A stretch of DNA of 64,000 nucleotides from Mytilus trossulus (Eukaryota), in NCBI RefSeq assembly GCF_036588685.1, contig NC_086373.1, positions 77,748,001-77,812,000 on the forward strand. The letters run 5' to 3'. The notes under the pieces were generated by a model. It saw only the letters and a list, made by a program, of their open reading frames with translations, was not told the origin of the DNA and did not search any database. Position numbers and translations under genes: made by a program. Each line of letters opens with the position of its first letter. The stretch's first letter is position 1. Of this stretch, positions 13,151-25,920 are shown in pieces.

Positions 13151-16100
13151 GTATTTCAAATTCACCACTTTGAACTCTTTGTTTAAAATCTTCCTTGTAA
13201 ACAGCAACCCTGTTTCTGTATGAAGTCAACTTCAAATGAATAAAGGTACAAGTCAGCAAGAAGAGGGGCACTGTTGTTTCGCATGGGAATGCAGTTTTTT
13301 TTCTTTTTGAGCCACGGCATTGTCAGTATATTTTTTATCTATGAGTTTGACTGTCCCTCTGGTATCTTCCTATCTTTTAGTAGTTATATAAATATAAAGC
13401 TGCACAAAAGGTTTCCAGTTAACCATGCAGGAACCACAAGTCTAAATTCCTTAGATCTCCTTTATCAGTGAGTGCATATCTAGTGCTTTTAACACCTTTA
13501 CTTGAGTGTACATAAGAAAGAAAACATTGAAATTCAACTTCATTTTATTTGGTGTGATCATATTATAACTATATGCCATATTTCTTGATCATAAATGATA
13601 CTACATCATAATTTATGTTTAAATAAAGTACAAATGTCTGAAAGTTTAAATATAAAACAAAAATTAACAACATTTAAATCACTGCACTCACTTTAACATT
13701 CGTCACTCTACATTCTCCCAAGTTCTCTCCCAAAAAAATCATATAGTATTATTTGATATGGATTTTTTTTTTAAAGTACATGTATAACAAAAGGGTGTTA
13801 ATTTTTTTAATTTGCCATGTGTTTTTCTAGTGCCATTATACATTTTTACCAACAAAAAAATGTCATTATAAATAGAAGCATATAGAATGAGCATTTCTGA
13901 ACCATTTTTTGGCCTTTTTCCTATCAAAACGGTCTTTATTCTAAATAAATTTGAGACTCTATTGTGAAATGTTATTGTATGAAAGAACCATTACCATTAA
14001 CAAATAATGAACCACTTGTACAGAAAATCAACTCATTCTCTCTGTGCCAAACTATCTTATTGTATGGCACAAGCTAAAGCTTTCATGCAACTGATATATT
14101 TCATGAAAACTGATTTAATAATTTACATACTGTATAGGTTTCTTTATCATAAAGGAAAAATGCTTCAGAGTTAAGTCAAAATAATAACACATTAGACTTC
14201 CGTTTTTTTAAATTGAGATTGTTGATGTTGAATGCCACTTTCAGCACAATTGATTATTTGCATGGTGGTCAGTTTTAATTGGAAGAGGGAGCCTGAGCGT
14301 CATTAGAAAATTTATTAGACATTTTGGTTATAACCCTTAATATTAATACAACATCATAACAAAAATGACTGAGGTAGTCTATAGAAAGTTTCCAAATATC
14401 AAAACTCCATATAAAAACATTGATTCATTTCCAAATGCCATGTAAAAAATTAATAGCTTATATTTTGCGTCACTCAAGGAAAACAAAGCCCTATTATACA
14501 TGAAGTATTTCCTGAAAGCATACATTAGAAAACTTCTCTACTGAAAATTAGCATAACAAGCACAAGTTAAGTTCTGTTCAGAAATAATAAAGATGAAGAA
14601 TTATTATTTAACTTTGCTATGAAATATAGTTCTTAAAAAAACATGACATGAAAATAAGTAAATTCATAATCAACAACAAAGGTGCAACAACTATAATGTA
14701 CAAATCTTAACAAGTGAAGACACCTTTTCAAACCAAAAGTTTGAAGGTCACTCCATAAATTAAAGAATATCTTGATACATGATCCATTTTCATTTCATTC
14801 GAAGAAATTGTCAAAACAATGTAAGATGATACACTAAGGTAGCATTTTATGCATGATCTGAAAGTAAATTTGTATTAAGCTTTTATCATTAGTTTGAAAA
14901 TAAGTTCTATTCAAAGCTTCAGAAGGCATAAAAGGGGAAGACAGTAGATACGACTTTGCATGTTATATATCCAGTATTTTAAAGACATACAACTCTAATG
15001 AACTTAATGTTTAGATAAGCCTAATTTCCATACAATATAATTATATTAACTGTAGCCTCAGCTAGAGAATCAGCAATTACTATAAAGTTCTGCATCAAAA
15101 TTACGCATTGGGGAAAGATTAACTGTTTTGATTTTTTTTCAAGTATACATAAAATAGAATGAAAATAGGAATGTAAATTACCCTGAAAATCCATATTTCT
15201 AACAAATAGACACACTTGAAATACACAAATCATGATGAAGTATAGTTGATTCTGTCTACTTTAAATATACAGTAACATCCTCACCATTAACAAGTTTGCT
15301 AAGGAAATTCCACCTTTCATCTACTTTTAAATAAGAACCTTCTGTACATTTATAATACTAACTTTACTCTTCAGAGCGACTAGTAAGAAAATTAAAAAAT
15401 TTGATTCAACTGGATAATTTTAAGGAAGCGTTTTCCACAGAACAGTTTTAGATGATCAAATCTTTTCTTATAGTTTCAAAAGAGGAGATTAAAAGAAAAT
15501 CAAGTCTTATACATCAAGGTAGAGTTTAATTGTAGTCAGACAAAACATGCAACTTCCTTTCCTTTATATTACAATAAACTGAAGTTCAAATCACTCATGT
15601 ACGATCTCTCTCATACATTTTACTTCTTTTTTTTACATATTGATATCTTCAAACGAAAGCACAGTATAAATTAATAGTTCTTATTAAGCACTTCAAAGAC
15701 TTTTTTTAGATTTAGCATTTTCACAACAACATAACAGAAACCCATTTAATCTTGATTTGAAAAACTTTCCATGTTAAAATCTCAATATCATATTAATACC
15801 TAGCCATATATATTTCTCTGAACTTTCAGTAAACTTCTTCAAATCATTCTATTACTATTTTTTTTTACAGATATTAAATGGCACATAAATGCAGTTAAAA
15901 AAAACCACTAGAATTATAACTTAAGTATTGGAAAGGATTTTTTTTAACTACATCATGAAGTTAGTGGCAAGAAATCTTAGTATGATCTGTCCTTAGAGAG
16001 ACTATATCTAATCCCCAAACCACCCTCAATCAGACACATTATATTGTCTGTATCGTTTAATAGAATAATGTTTATTCCCCACATGTAAGACACAAGAATA

Positions 16101-16208
16101 TTTAACAAAAAGTATAAGATAAAATAACAACAAAATAACAATGTATCACAGTGTGTGGACGTTGTGTGGCACTTGATTGTTTCAACAACACCTAATGTCA
16201 AATTCTTC

Positions 16209-16224
16209 TCAGGATTTCAGATAC
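16209..16224 (-). CDS. MAK: MAK/ICK terminal coding exon (K)YLKS-stop
   Basis: attttcag|G TAT CTG AAA TCC TGA completes the conserved C-terminus HGRTDWAAKY. A long AT-rich 3' UTR probably follows, with a candidate AATAAA on the minus strand near 13544-13549. Confidence 0.85.
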
Positions 16225-16527
16225 CTGAAAATATAAACATACAAAATATCAATCAATGTAAGAATAAGGAGATGTGAATGCCAATGAGATATCTATACAC
16301 CAAAGTTTAAATGAAGCTTATTTAAAAATACATTATTTTATAAATATGAGTTGTTTGTAGTAGTTTCATTTACAGCAAACAGTATTCAAATGAAAATGAA
16401 TACTTTCATTAATGATAATTCAAATTAATTTGAGTTTACCAACAATTGGACATTTGTATTTCTTAAAGTCCACAATGATTTTATCAAATAATAAGCTTTT
16501 TGTAATTTGTTCTGCCTTAGATTAATG

Positions 16528-16730
16528 TACTGTGGATTCATTAATATTCGTTAGATACCAATTTTCGTGGGAACAGGGGAACCACGAATTTAAATGTTCA
16601 AAGAAATACAAATTTTCCAAAGGAATGCATGCAAACTTTTCCAAAACAACGAATTTAAATATCCTCGAATATGTGAGTTTTTCGCAATCCACGAAAATTA
16701 GTACCCACGAAAATTAATGAATCCACAGTA
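16528..16730. mobile_element. TA-flanked MITE (Tc1/mariner-like) in the last MAK intron
   Basis: TACTGTGGATTCATTA ... TAATGAATCCACAGTA perfect TIR, with internal CCACGAA repeats. Confidence 0.8.
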
Positions 16731-16790
16731 ATAGGGAATGGTTCAGTACTCACATTACTTGATTTATAAATAACAAACATGAGAACTTAC

Positions 16791-16905
16791 TTAGCAGCCC
16801 AGTCTGTGCGTCCATGTGTACCAGGTTTACCACCCAGTCCTGCTGAGTTCTTGTTCATAGATAAAGGTCCTGGCTGTGCCCTCTTCCAACTTACTGGTGG
16901 GTAAT
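16791..16905 (-). CDS. MAK: MAK/ICK coding exon 13 (115 nt; an alternative acceptor at 16893 is possible)
   Basis: YPPVSWKRAQPGPLSMNKNSAGLGGKPGTHGRTDWAA(K); donor AA|GTAAGT. The acceptor is either ataag| (16905) or ccag| (16893); both are in frame. Confidence 0.85.
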
Positions 16906-17207
16906 CTTATAATATATACATATATAGATATAAGGAGATGTGGTAAGAGTGCCAATGAGACAATTGTCCATCCATGTCACAGATTGTAAAAGTAAACCAT
17001 TATAGGTCAAAGTATGGTCTTTATGTACAATTATCTTTAAATCAGTTGTACACTGAATAAGTTTTAGATTGCTTTCATTCAAAGGATAGCACATCAAGAA
17101 TTTACAGTTAGCCTAAATACCTTTGCAAAAATAATCACATACTCAGTGAAATTACTTTTGAAGATAAAATGAATTGTGGTTGTGTTATTTCCTAAATAGA
17201 GACTTAC

Positions 17208-17282
17208 TTGCATTCTTTGTGGTCGACATAAATGAAGGAACATAACCTGCATCTGCATTGCTTCTATTACTTCCAATTGGAC
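17208..17282 (-). CDS. MAK: MAK/ICK coding exon 12 (75 nt)
   Basis: (G)PIGSNRSNADAGYVPSFMSTTKNA with conserved GY.PSF; tttacag| ... |GTAAGT. Confidence 0.85.
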
Positions 17283-17874
17283 CTGTAAACATAATTTTTT
17301 TATGTGTGAATAGTTTATAATCATTTTGAAAATCATCAGCAAATAAGTGTTTAAATCTTATGTCAGTTTAATCTAAGTGAAACTGAAAGTAATTGAAGAA
17401 ATATAGTAAACACTTGCATGTAACTTGTAGGTATTGTAAATATATGACCTTACTCACAAAATTTTGATTTCCATAATTTAAAGTGTGTTTTCTGCATTGC
17501 TTATATATATATATACTCAGGTTTTCAATGGTTTTTTTAAATATGTAATAAATCTTGCTTGTGTTACAGTAGCTTTATTTTTGTATAAGATGTTGTGTTC
17601 TTTAAAGCAAGGTAGTGTCTAATAGTAAATGAAAACATTTTAGGGTGTTATAGAATTATACAACTTTTACCATACAATATTCAGAACAGTTTTATTACAA
17701 TAATATGGATCTCATTTGACTTAAGTACAAATGTAGTAACTATTTGAAAACTAGATATTGCAAATAAAAGCTGTGTTGTCATTATTTTTGTTTTAGACTA
17801 TAAACATTATGTTAAGGTCAAACTAGAGAAGTGGGTGAAATTTCTTACAAATAATTATTTGGTTGCAATTACAT

Positions 17875-18290
17875 ATAGATTCCTACACTGCAACAAGTGT
17901 ATTACGATATTTCTCCACTAGAGACAGTTAAATTTTATGATTTAAAGCGTGAGGCTTGCCGAGCTTTTTAAATAATTCAATTCAACTGTCGAGAGTGAGG
18001 AAATATCGTACACAAGTTATAGTGTCGGAATCTATTTCTCTGATGACATAAATCATTCTTTTTCAAAGATTTTCAGAAACTTGTGTTCTTTATATGCGAA
18101 GTCATCATGCAAGGTCGCCTTTTTTCGTGACATCACAATAGGGAAATTAAGAAGAAAATAAAACATTTTGACGTCATTATCAAATTTTGACTAATCATTT
18201 GCTGAGAACAGATTTTTCACTGGTGAGGAGAAATATTTTTCTCACACTGGTCAGATAATGTGAAAATAGCATAAAAATTAGAGAAATAGA
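17875..18290. mobile_element. Foldback element with long terminal hairpin plus internal inverted repeat (Crypton-like architecture)
   Basis: ~60-bp imperfect arms 17875-17935 / 17980-18035. TCTATTTCTCT (18031) is inverted against AGAGAAATAGA (18280-18290). The superfamily is an inference. Confidence 0.55.
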
Positions 18291-18524
18291 TTTACCAGTG
18301 AAATAAAACCCAATAATGAATGAATGTGCTATGCATATTCCTGAATTAATGAGTTGTTTGGTGACTAAGTTGAATATTTTTCTCTATTTGAATTCTTTGA
18401 TTAGTTATTCTATAATTATTTTTACACATCTACAGAATAAAAATTGAATACAATTTTAGTTTTTGTTTAGGATTTCACCAGCCAGTTGTCTAGATAAATT
18501 TATCTTAGGTTATTATTTGAATAC

Positions 18525-18632
18525 CTATTGAAGGCCTGCTGACATTTGAGATTCCACCAGGAGATTGCTTGGCACCTAATAATGCACCGTAGCTTGGTGT
18601 TTCTTTTTTGGCACTGCTCTTTGGATTTATAC
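18525..18632 (-). CDS. MAK: MAK/ICK coding exon 11 (108 nt)
   Basis: (G)INPKSSAKKETPSYGALLGAKQSPGGISNVSRPSI(G); ttttag| ... |GTATTC; phase 1-1 fits its neighbours. Confidence 0.8.
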
Positions 18633-19816
18633 CTAAAATATCACAAATAAATTCAAAGTTGTTTACTGAAAAAATAAAATTCATCATATATGCAACATTG
18701 TTCAACATTGGAAAAGCACACTATATATTGTTTTTTAATCATTTTGTAGTTTCATTTGTTTAACATTTTAATCCCATTTTCTAAAATCCAATAATTAAAA
18801 AAATAATAAAAAAATTGTTCTCTTTTCCTCTGTTTGTTGTGAACTTACTTACACTGCATCTATTTAATATTTTAGGGTTCATAAACTGGGTATTTATGTA
18901 ATTTTTCTATGCTTTTTATTTGAAAACTCTGTGTATGTTTTGATATGCATGTCTTACAACTTCAAATTATACTGATAAGGTGCAAAAAACATCAAGAAAA
19001 TCCTGTGCAGTTTTCAGTTTTCATATTATTAATGTTGTCAAATTCTGAAACTAGCATTTTTTATTAATGAAGTACATCCTAACACATGAAGATCTTGTGT
19101 TCTGTATGTATAATTATTAAGTCAGATAAAGCAAAGACAATCCTACAGCAGAAGACATGAAGCCATGCAGGTGATTAATTACCAACTATAACTATAGACG
19201 AGCGTATTACACCTGGAAAATTTATAACAAAATTCATGTCAAATGATAGTTACCAACTTATTATTATAAATAGAAATTAAGATGGATACAAAGTAAATGT
19301 ATAAATATGTTAATTATACAGATACTTAAACTGAAGGTTGTTCTGGTATCAAATACCTAAAGGGTTCAAAATATTAAACATCCTTGATTCTACACTTTCA
19401 TTCATGCAAAGTATTGAATTCAATTTGGTTTATGTGATACCCTTACAGAAATTTTATATTTTCTCATTTTGTTCTTCTTGCTACAAGAATAGTTTATACC
19501 TTTAAGTCTAAAATTGTATTGTTTTTTACTATACTATAGTTGAAAAAAAAGTAATGTTGTTATTTCTTTAAATTTTGACTGTGCGCATATTTTTGAATAA
19601 TGTCCCCTTGTACATTCTCTTCTTGCTATGGACCCTTATCTATTTCCTTGCATTAAGAGATATTTCTCTTTAACTACTAAACTTAGTGTGATATCAATAA
19701 TTGATCCTATAATGTGTTAACACATTGACATACATAATTTGCTTAAAATTAAAATCAAAGAACATAACAATTTCATTGAGCAATTAAGTTGGATAGACCT
19801 TATTTAAGGGATATTT

Positions 19817-20090
19817 ATAGATTATCGTTGATTATCTCAACGAGAATGATTTTCTCGCTTGAGCTGGAACAGGGAAAGTGAGAAAAGCAATCGAGTTGAG
19901 ATGACCAATGATAATCTGTTTATCGCTATTTTACCCATGACGACGTTGTCAATTTCAATGTCAATTTCGTTAACAACGCACGTGGCGTCCTTAGTTTCTA
20001 GCGATAATTTTTCCATCTCAAGCGAGTAGCATGATATGAAAATTATCACAAAAAAAGATCAAAGGAAAAATGCACAAAATAGCGATAAAA
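19817..20090. mobile_element. Second foldback element of the same architecture (Crypton-like)
   Basis: Arms GATTATCGTTGATTATCTCAAC..TTTTCTCGCTT / AAGTGAGAAAA..GTTGAGATGACCAATGATAATC. TTTATCGCTATTTT (19919) is inverted against AAAATAGCGATAAA (20076). Confidence 0.55.
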
Positions 20091-20237
20091 CTTATTAAAT
20101 TGGTAATGTGTTTGTAATAGTCAATTTTATGAAAGCTTTTTAAGCAATCATTTAAAAAAAAAATAGCGATTTATAAGTGTTATCTAGAATCTAAGAGTAT
20201 ATTGAAAAAAAAAATCTTTTGTAAATTATTTTATTAC

Positions 20238-20347
20238 CTGGCAGGTATCGTGATTTACTAAGGTAATGATTTTTTGCAGAAGAAGCAGACGATCTTCCAG
20301 AGGGAACACGAGGAGGCTTATTTACATTCTTCTTGTTTAATATACTC
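20238..20347 (-). CDS. MAK: MAK/ICK coding exon 10 (110 nt)
   Basis: SILNKKNVNKPPRVPSGRSSASSAKNHYLSKSRYLP(G), containing the conserved AK.HYL..SRYLPG motif; tttcag| ... |GTAATA. Confidence 0.92.
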
Positions 20348-20708
20348 CTGAAATAGAGAGACAGACATTGAATAATATTCAGGTGTATTTCCAGTGAAAG
20401 ATTTGCACAATTGAAAACAAAAACATTAGTCCAATTTTTTTTTTAAATATTATCATCAGACAAACATTCTCATTTGAATTGTTTTACATTTGTCATTTTG
20501 GAACCTTTTAAAGCTGACTAAATGGTATGAGCTTTGCTCATTGTTGTAGGCCATTATGAAGTATAGTTGTTGATATCTCTGTCAATTGGTCTCTTGTGGA
20601 GAGTTGTCTCATTGGCAATCATACCACATCTTCTTTTTTATATATATGTAATTCACACATTTCCAATTTGATAGTTATTCATTTTAAATATAAGTCATGA
20701 AAACTTAC

Positions 20709-20926
20709 GTTAAAAAGTCATCTTCATCATCATTTTCTTTCCCAAACACATCCCTCTTAGGACCAATGGACGGTAAAGGTTTGGCTGCTACATGTTTGTG
20801 TGCTGGCTTCTTAGGTGCACCAAAGTCAAAGTCATCCCAATCATCCCACGTCTCTGACAACCCAGCTCCCCAACGTTTTCTCCCACTCTGCTGAGGCTTC
20901 TTCTTTACTGACACAGCAAATGCATT
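20709..20926 (-). CDS. MAK: MAK/ICK coding exon 9 (218 nt)
   Basis: NAFAVSVKKKPQQSGRKRWG...WDDWDDFDFG... (conserved GR.RWG and acidic WDD motifs); ttctag| ... |GTAAGT. Confidence 0.9.
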
Positions 20927-21379
20927 CTAGAATATAAATAACTTAGAAATCAGTTCTTGTTTGTGTGGCAACAATCTTTAATGATTTTGTTGTTCAAGAC
21001 TTTCTACTATGAATCATCTGCCTGCTTTTATTCTAAATGATATCGAAATCAATTTTTAAATCATGTAAGTTTCTTTGTTCTTTAAGAATGTCTTTTAGAT
21101 CTATAAAATATGCTTTATAGAATTAGGGTTTATTACATTAATGACTTTAAAGTTTCCTTTGTTTTATCTTTAATTTGAGTGTCTTTAATGACTAAATCAG
21201 TTCAAATCTGTAACATAAACTAATTAAATCGACTGATGTAAACACTTTTAAGTGTTTAAAAAGGGTCCAAAATCTTTCATTAGATGAACCTGAACTTTAA
21301 GTCAAAAGTGACCCTTACAGGTCCTACTCCTTTTGCAGTCGTCAACAGTAATATTTTTTTCTATAACATAATAACTTAC

Positions 21380-21667
21380 ATTATCTATCTGTTTTCCATA
21401 TGAGGGTGCTACAGTTGGGTTACTTTTCTTTTCAGTAAATGGTTGTGGTGATGCTTGGAACTGTGGTGTTACTTGGTGAGTTGGTGATGGTTGGTGATAT
21501 GGTGAATTCTGGTTGAAAGATGGATTATAGTTGTACGTTTTCTCCTCTTGCTTTGGTTTTGGTGGTGAAATGACAGGTGAAGGATTATTTTGTATAGTGG
21601 GTGACGGTCTGACTGTCTGTTGTAAGCCAAGATTCTGACCAACATTAAAATACTGGTACTTCAGACT
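21380..21667 (-). CDS. MAK: MAK/ICK coding exon 8 (288 nt; kinase end plus Pro/Gln-rich linker)
   Basis: SLKYQYFNVGQNLG...PSYGKQIDN, open for 96 codons; tttgtag| ... |GTAAGT. Confidence 0.9.
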
Positions 21668-22108
21668 CTACAAATATAACAAAATATATTATTTTTTCTG
21701 CTTGATCATTAGAAGACTTTATATCTCCCTATAATCAGAAGTGCCTGAATAACATAACAATTTCTTTTAAGTTGACTTAATTGAAAGTTTTAAAGTTGAA
21801 ATGTAACAATATTAGGTGGATATAATCATAAAGTCAAGTGTTCACATACTGTTACAACGTAGAAAAATCAAAATCTACTTTCAAATTGTTGTATAACATA
21901 TGCATTGATTTTTTTTGACCAACTGAAAATCATAAGCAATCAAACCACATCTTCTTTTTTTTATATGAAGTGACAAAAATGCTTTGTGTGAAGGCCTTTA
22001 GAGTCCAGTGAGCTTACAATTAGGTTTATACAATATTTATGTTGTCATCATTTTCATACTGTTTGCTCATAAGCCAATTGTAAGTACATCTAACTAATTA
22101 TGTTATAC

Positions 22109-22276
22109 CTGACTAGCTGTTGGTCGTTTACTCGGATTCCACAATAACATATCTTTCATAAGATGAAGAGATTCTGGACTGGCATGTGGTATAATGGTCT
22201 TTAGATTGGTAGTAACACATTGTGGCCATCGGAAGTTCATTGCAGCAGCAAGTTTATATCCTTCTTCCCATTCATC
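22109..22276 (-). CDS. MAK: MAK/ICK coding exon 7 (168 nt)
   Basis: [20 protein letters not shown]...[14 protein letters not shown]; ttccag| ... |GTATAA. Confidence 0.95.
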
Positions 22277-22524
22277 CTGGAATACAAACATACTTTAGTT
22301 TGATAAGTACATCATAAAGTTGCAAAGTATTTTTGTAAATAGAACTAATTTATTATTCTTGAAGAAAAGAAATCAATACTTTTCTAGCAATTGCAAAAAA
22401 GACTTCAAAACCCAAACTTATATATGTGATATAGCAGATTTATTTAATTAGATTAATAAGTGAACAGCATATTAAAATCCTTCTTTACATCTTCAATTCT
22501 TAATATATTTATGTACACACTAAC

Positions 22525-22696
22525 CTTTTGGGGGGTTCCCAATATAGAACAAATCTTGAATATTTGATCTATTTCTGAAGTTCCTGGGAACAATGGCCTC
22601 AATGTGTATAGTTCTGCCATTATTGCACCGACAGCAAATAAGTCTATTGGAGAATTATAGTTCACAGACCGTAACAAGATTTCTGGAGCTCTGTAC
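22525..22696 (-). CDS. MAK: MAK/ICK coding exon 6 (172 nt)
   Basis: [57 protein letters not shown]; tttatag| ... |GTTAGT. Confidence 0.97.
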
Positions 22697-23313
22697 CTAT
22701 AAACATATATTTAACCATAATCAGAACTTTCTAGCAATTAAATTAGCATGCGCAGGAGAGTAATAGTTTGCAGACATCAATAAAATATCCAGGCTAACTC
22801 CTTAAAAAATGAAAAATGAATATTGATATACTCTCCTAAAAATCTGAAGCGTGAACTGATAATTCTTACTAAGTTAACTGTTGAATCTTATCAGATGAGT
22901 TTCAACAGGTTGACCTTACATGTATTTAACATCCTTGTTTCAATCACTATAAAAGTGCAGGAAAAAAGTTTTTCATGTACGGCAAATACTTTTATGGTTT
23001 ATCTGGTGTTTATGTAATGTCAGAAAACAGTAAACTACAAAATATACATTGCTGCTAATTCATTGATAAAGACAATCAGTTGCACTAATCTGACACATGA
23101 AATTCAGTAAAGTACATGTATATTTATTTATTTTACATACTGGTGAAGAAATACCTCTTTCAATACTCAAAACCATAAGGTTATACATGCCTTTGGGTAA
23201 CAACATAAACTATTTTGTTGAGTGGACTGATTTTCTTGGCAAGTACATTCTTCAGGAATGTGAGTTAATAGTTATTGAAAGTACTTTTTCTTAGAAAATA
23301 TTCATTTACTAAC

Positions 23314-23446
23314 CATCTTGTTGAGACATAATCTGTGTATGGTGGCCGTGACCTAATTTCTCTGGCTAGACCAAAATCTGCTATTTTACAACAATCAGCG
23401 CCAGTACATAATAAGTTTTCTGGCTTTAAATCTCTGTGAAAGAAAC
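23314..23446 (-). CDS. MAK: MAK/ICK coding exon 5 (133 nt; catalytic loop and TDY motif)
   Basis: [43 protein letters not shown](W); tttacag| ... |GTTAGT. Confidence 0.97.
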
Positions 23447-23784
23447 CTGTAAAAGAGTTTACAATAAAATTAAATGAACATACAGTATAATATTTAAACA
23501 TCAAATAACAGCTCTTTTTCACCTAGTGACCTATAGATGCAATAATACATCTAGAATATATATTTGGCAAATAAATTCTGAAAATTCATAAAACAGGAAT
23601 ACGAATTAATCCTAATTTTCTTTTTACTTGAATGTTTTATACAATGTGCATCTCTTATATATTGGGTTACTTTTAATAACTTTGCACAGTTTTAAGGTAC
23701 TGGACATTGAAAGTTATAAGAAAAGATAGCAGACACACATATGTCTTATATTACCATTTTAAACTATTTTTAATTACTACCTAC

Positions 23785-23864
23785 CATGTTTATGCATAAA
23801 CGCTAAACCTTGTAGAACTTGGTAAATAATATTCCGAACTACTGACTCAGGGAATAACTTATCT
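23785..23864 (-). CDS. MAK: MAK/ICK coding exon 4 (80 nt)
   Basis: [26 protein letters not shown](G); tttcag| ... |GTAGGT. Confidence 0.95.
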
Positions 23865-23975
23865 CTGAAATGTAAAAAAGTCAGATTAATTTCTTGCAAA
23901 ATCAAAATCAAATAGAAAGACAATGGTTGTAGTAAACTATACCTACTGCTTTGATTGTCAACAACGACATGACAA

Positions 23976-24520
23976 AGGACAAGGTACGATAAGGCAAGAT
24001 TCTGACCCCCTTATTTTCTCATTTTTCAAAATTTTGTTTTGGAAAGCTATTTATTACATTATAATTTTCCCTTAGGTTGGTTTGTTTGGATGAATTTTGA
24101 AACCATTAATTTCAGAAAATGGGTGAGATTAGGGGGTTTAAAGGGCATCAAAACGCCAAATGAAGGAAAAATTATGATTTTTTACCATTGTTTCTTAAAA
24201 TTTAATAACGGGTGCCTACGTGACCCAGAGAAAATAAAGGAGATTTAGACAGCAAAAACTGTTTTTATGACATTGGAATAAAAGTATTTGGTGCAGGCAC
24301 TTAAAAACCAAAAATTTGTTGCAAAAATCACCTGCAAAGTGAATAATATTTACAATATTTGGATAACAAAAAGTTAACCCCCCTCACCTCACCCAGTTGA
24401 TAAAATTAAACAAACTTCAAACCCAAGGGAATATTTTAATATAATAAGTAACTTTTCAAAACAGAATTTGAAAAATGAGAAAAAGGTGGGCCAAAAACAG
24501 GCCTTATCATACCTTGTCCT
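23976..24520. mobile_element. MITE with ~70-bp imperfect TIRs in a MAK intron
   Basis: AGGACAAGGTACGATAAGGC..TTTTCTCATTTTTCAAA vs TTTGAAAAATGAGAAAA..GCCTTATCATACCTTGTCCT. Confidence 0.75.
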
Positions 24521-24639
24521 CTGGCATGGCTTTTATAAGAAAAAAAATTATGCACATATTGGCAAATATTATAAACAATAATTGTAGACATCATATTGTT
24601 TTTAAAAAGCTTAGCACTTAGCCCACAAGTCAACAATTT

Positions 24640-24990
24640 TGTACTGTTATACCACTGTCCCAGGTTAGGGGATGGATGGGATCCCACTTACATGTCTATG
24701 TATGTATGTGCCTGTCCCAAGTCAGGAGCCTGTTATTCAGTGGTTGTCGTTTGTTTATGTGTTACATATTTGTTTTTCGTTCATATTTTTGAAAATAAAT
24801 AAGGCAGATAGTTTTCTCATTAGAATTGTTTTACATTGTCATTTCCGGCCTTTTATAGTTGACTATGTGGTATGGGCTTTGCTCATTGTTGAAGGCCATA
24901 CAGTGACCTAAAGTTGTTAATTTCTGTGTCATTTTAGTTTATTGTAGAGAGTTGTCTCATTGGCATTCATACCACATCTTCTTTTTTATA
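24640..24990 (+). repeat. Abundant dispersed repeat ending GAGAGTTGTCTCATTGGCA.TCATACCACATCTTCTTTTT
   Basis: The same 3' segment occurs at 20475-20640, 42600-42755 and 48290, and in reverse at 16930-17020 and 36625-36770. Confidence 0.8.
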
Positions 24991-25331
24991 GTTTGTGTTT
25001 TTCAACAAGGCTAATCTAAAAATATGACTTCATATCAATGTGCAGACAGATGAATTACTGGTATAAGCCATAAACATTTACAGGTAACATTCTATGCTAA
25101 GTGCTCCAAGTTTACTTGATAATATACTTCTTGCCATTGCTTTTAACAGAATTATTGCAATTCAAAACATTGTACTGATAAACATTATTGAAAAGTCTAG
25201 TTCATTTATAACATTGTAACATTCAATTCACAAATAAATGGGTTGTATGATTCTACAATATTAAATAAGATTGGTTACAGATATGTGAAAAAGTATATAC
25301 ATTTACATGTAACAATTGTTTACAAACTCAC

Positions 25332-25453
25332 CTGTCTTTCATTAACTGATATAAGTTTTCTTTCATAAATTCGAACACAAAAAACAGTTGATCATTTTCT
25401 CGTATAACTTCTTTTAGTCGGACTATATTGGGATGGTTTAATTTCCTTAAAGA
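25332..25453 (-). CDS. MAK: MAK/ICK coding exon 3 (122 nt)
   Basis: [40 protein letters not shown](R); tttcag| ... |GTGAGT. Confidence 0.95.
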
Positions 25454-25920
25454 CTGAAATGAAAGAAAAATCAATTTGAAATGTTGTCAAATTTAACAAT
25501 TAAAATTTAAGAAATCTTCTTAAGCTTCAAATCCCTTCATTGCATCCTTTTTTCCAATAAATCTTGGATTTTTTCCTTATAAGTTATGTTTTAAGACATT
25601 TAAACTTCGGGTATTATTTTGAAGAGGCTCTTTAGTACTGAATCAATCTCCAGGACAAAATATATTGATAATTGTTTTCATTTTTTTTTGCAGTTAATTA
25701 TGTTTATGCTTCTAGATCTTAATCAGATAATCAGTTTTTTTTTTTATCTATTATAGTTTTCAGGAAAATATCCAAAAATGCAAAAACATGGGTTTGGCCA
25801 ATTCCTCCCAAATTATAGCACATATATATATAGATAGAAACTTAAAACAGCAAACATGTTCATAAAGATATGATTTAATGTTTTCCACCCAAGCTTTAAA
25901 TTTTCAGAAAAAATGACTCA

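Noticed and set aside
17208-17282. 75-nt exon as the counterpart of the vertebrate retina-specific 75-nt MAK exon
   Set aside because: It encodes the conserved GY.PSF motif, which as I recall lies in a different vertebrate exon; equal length is probably coincidence.
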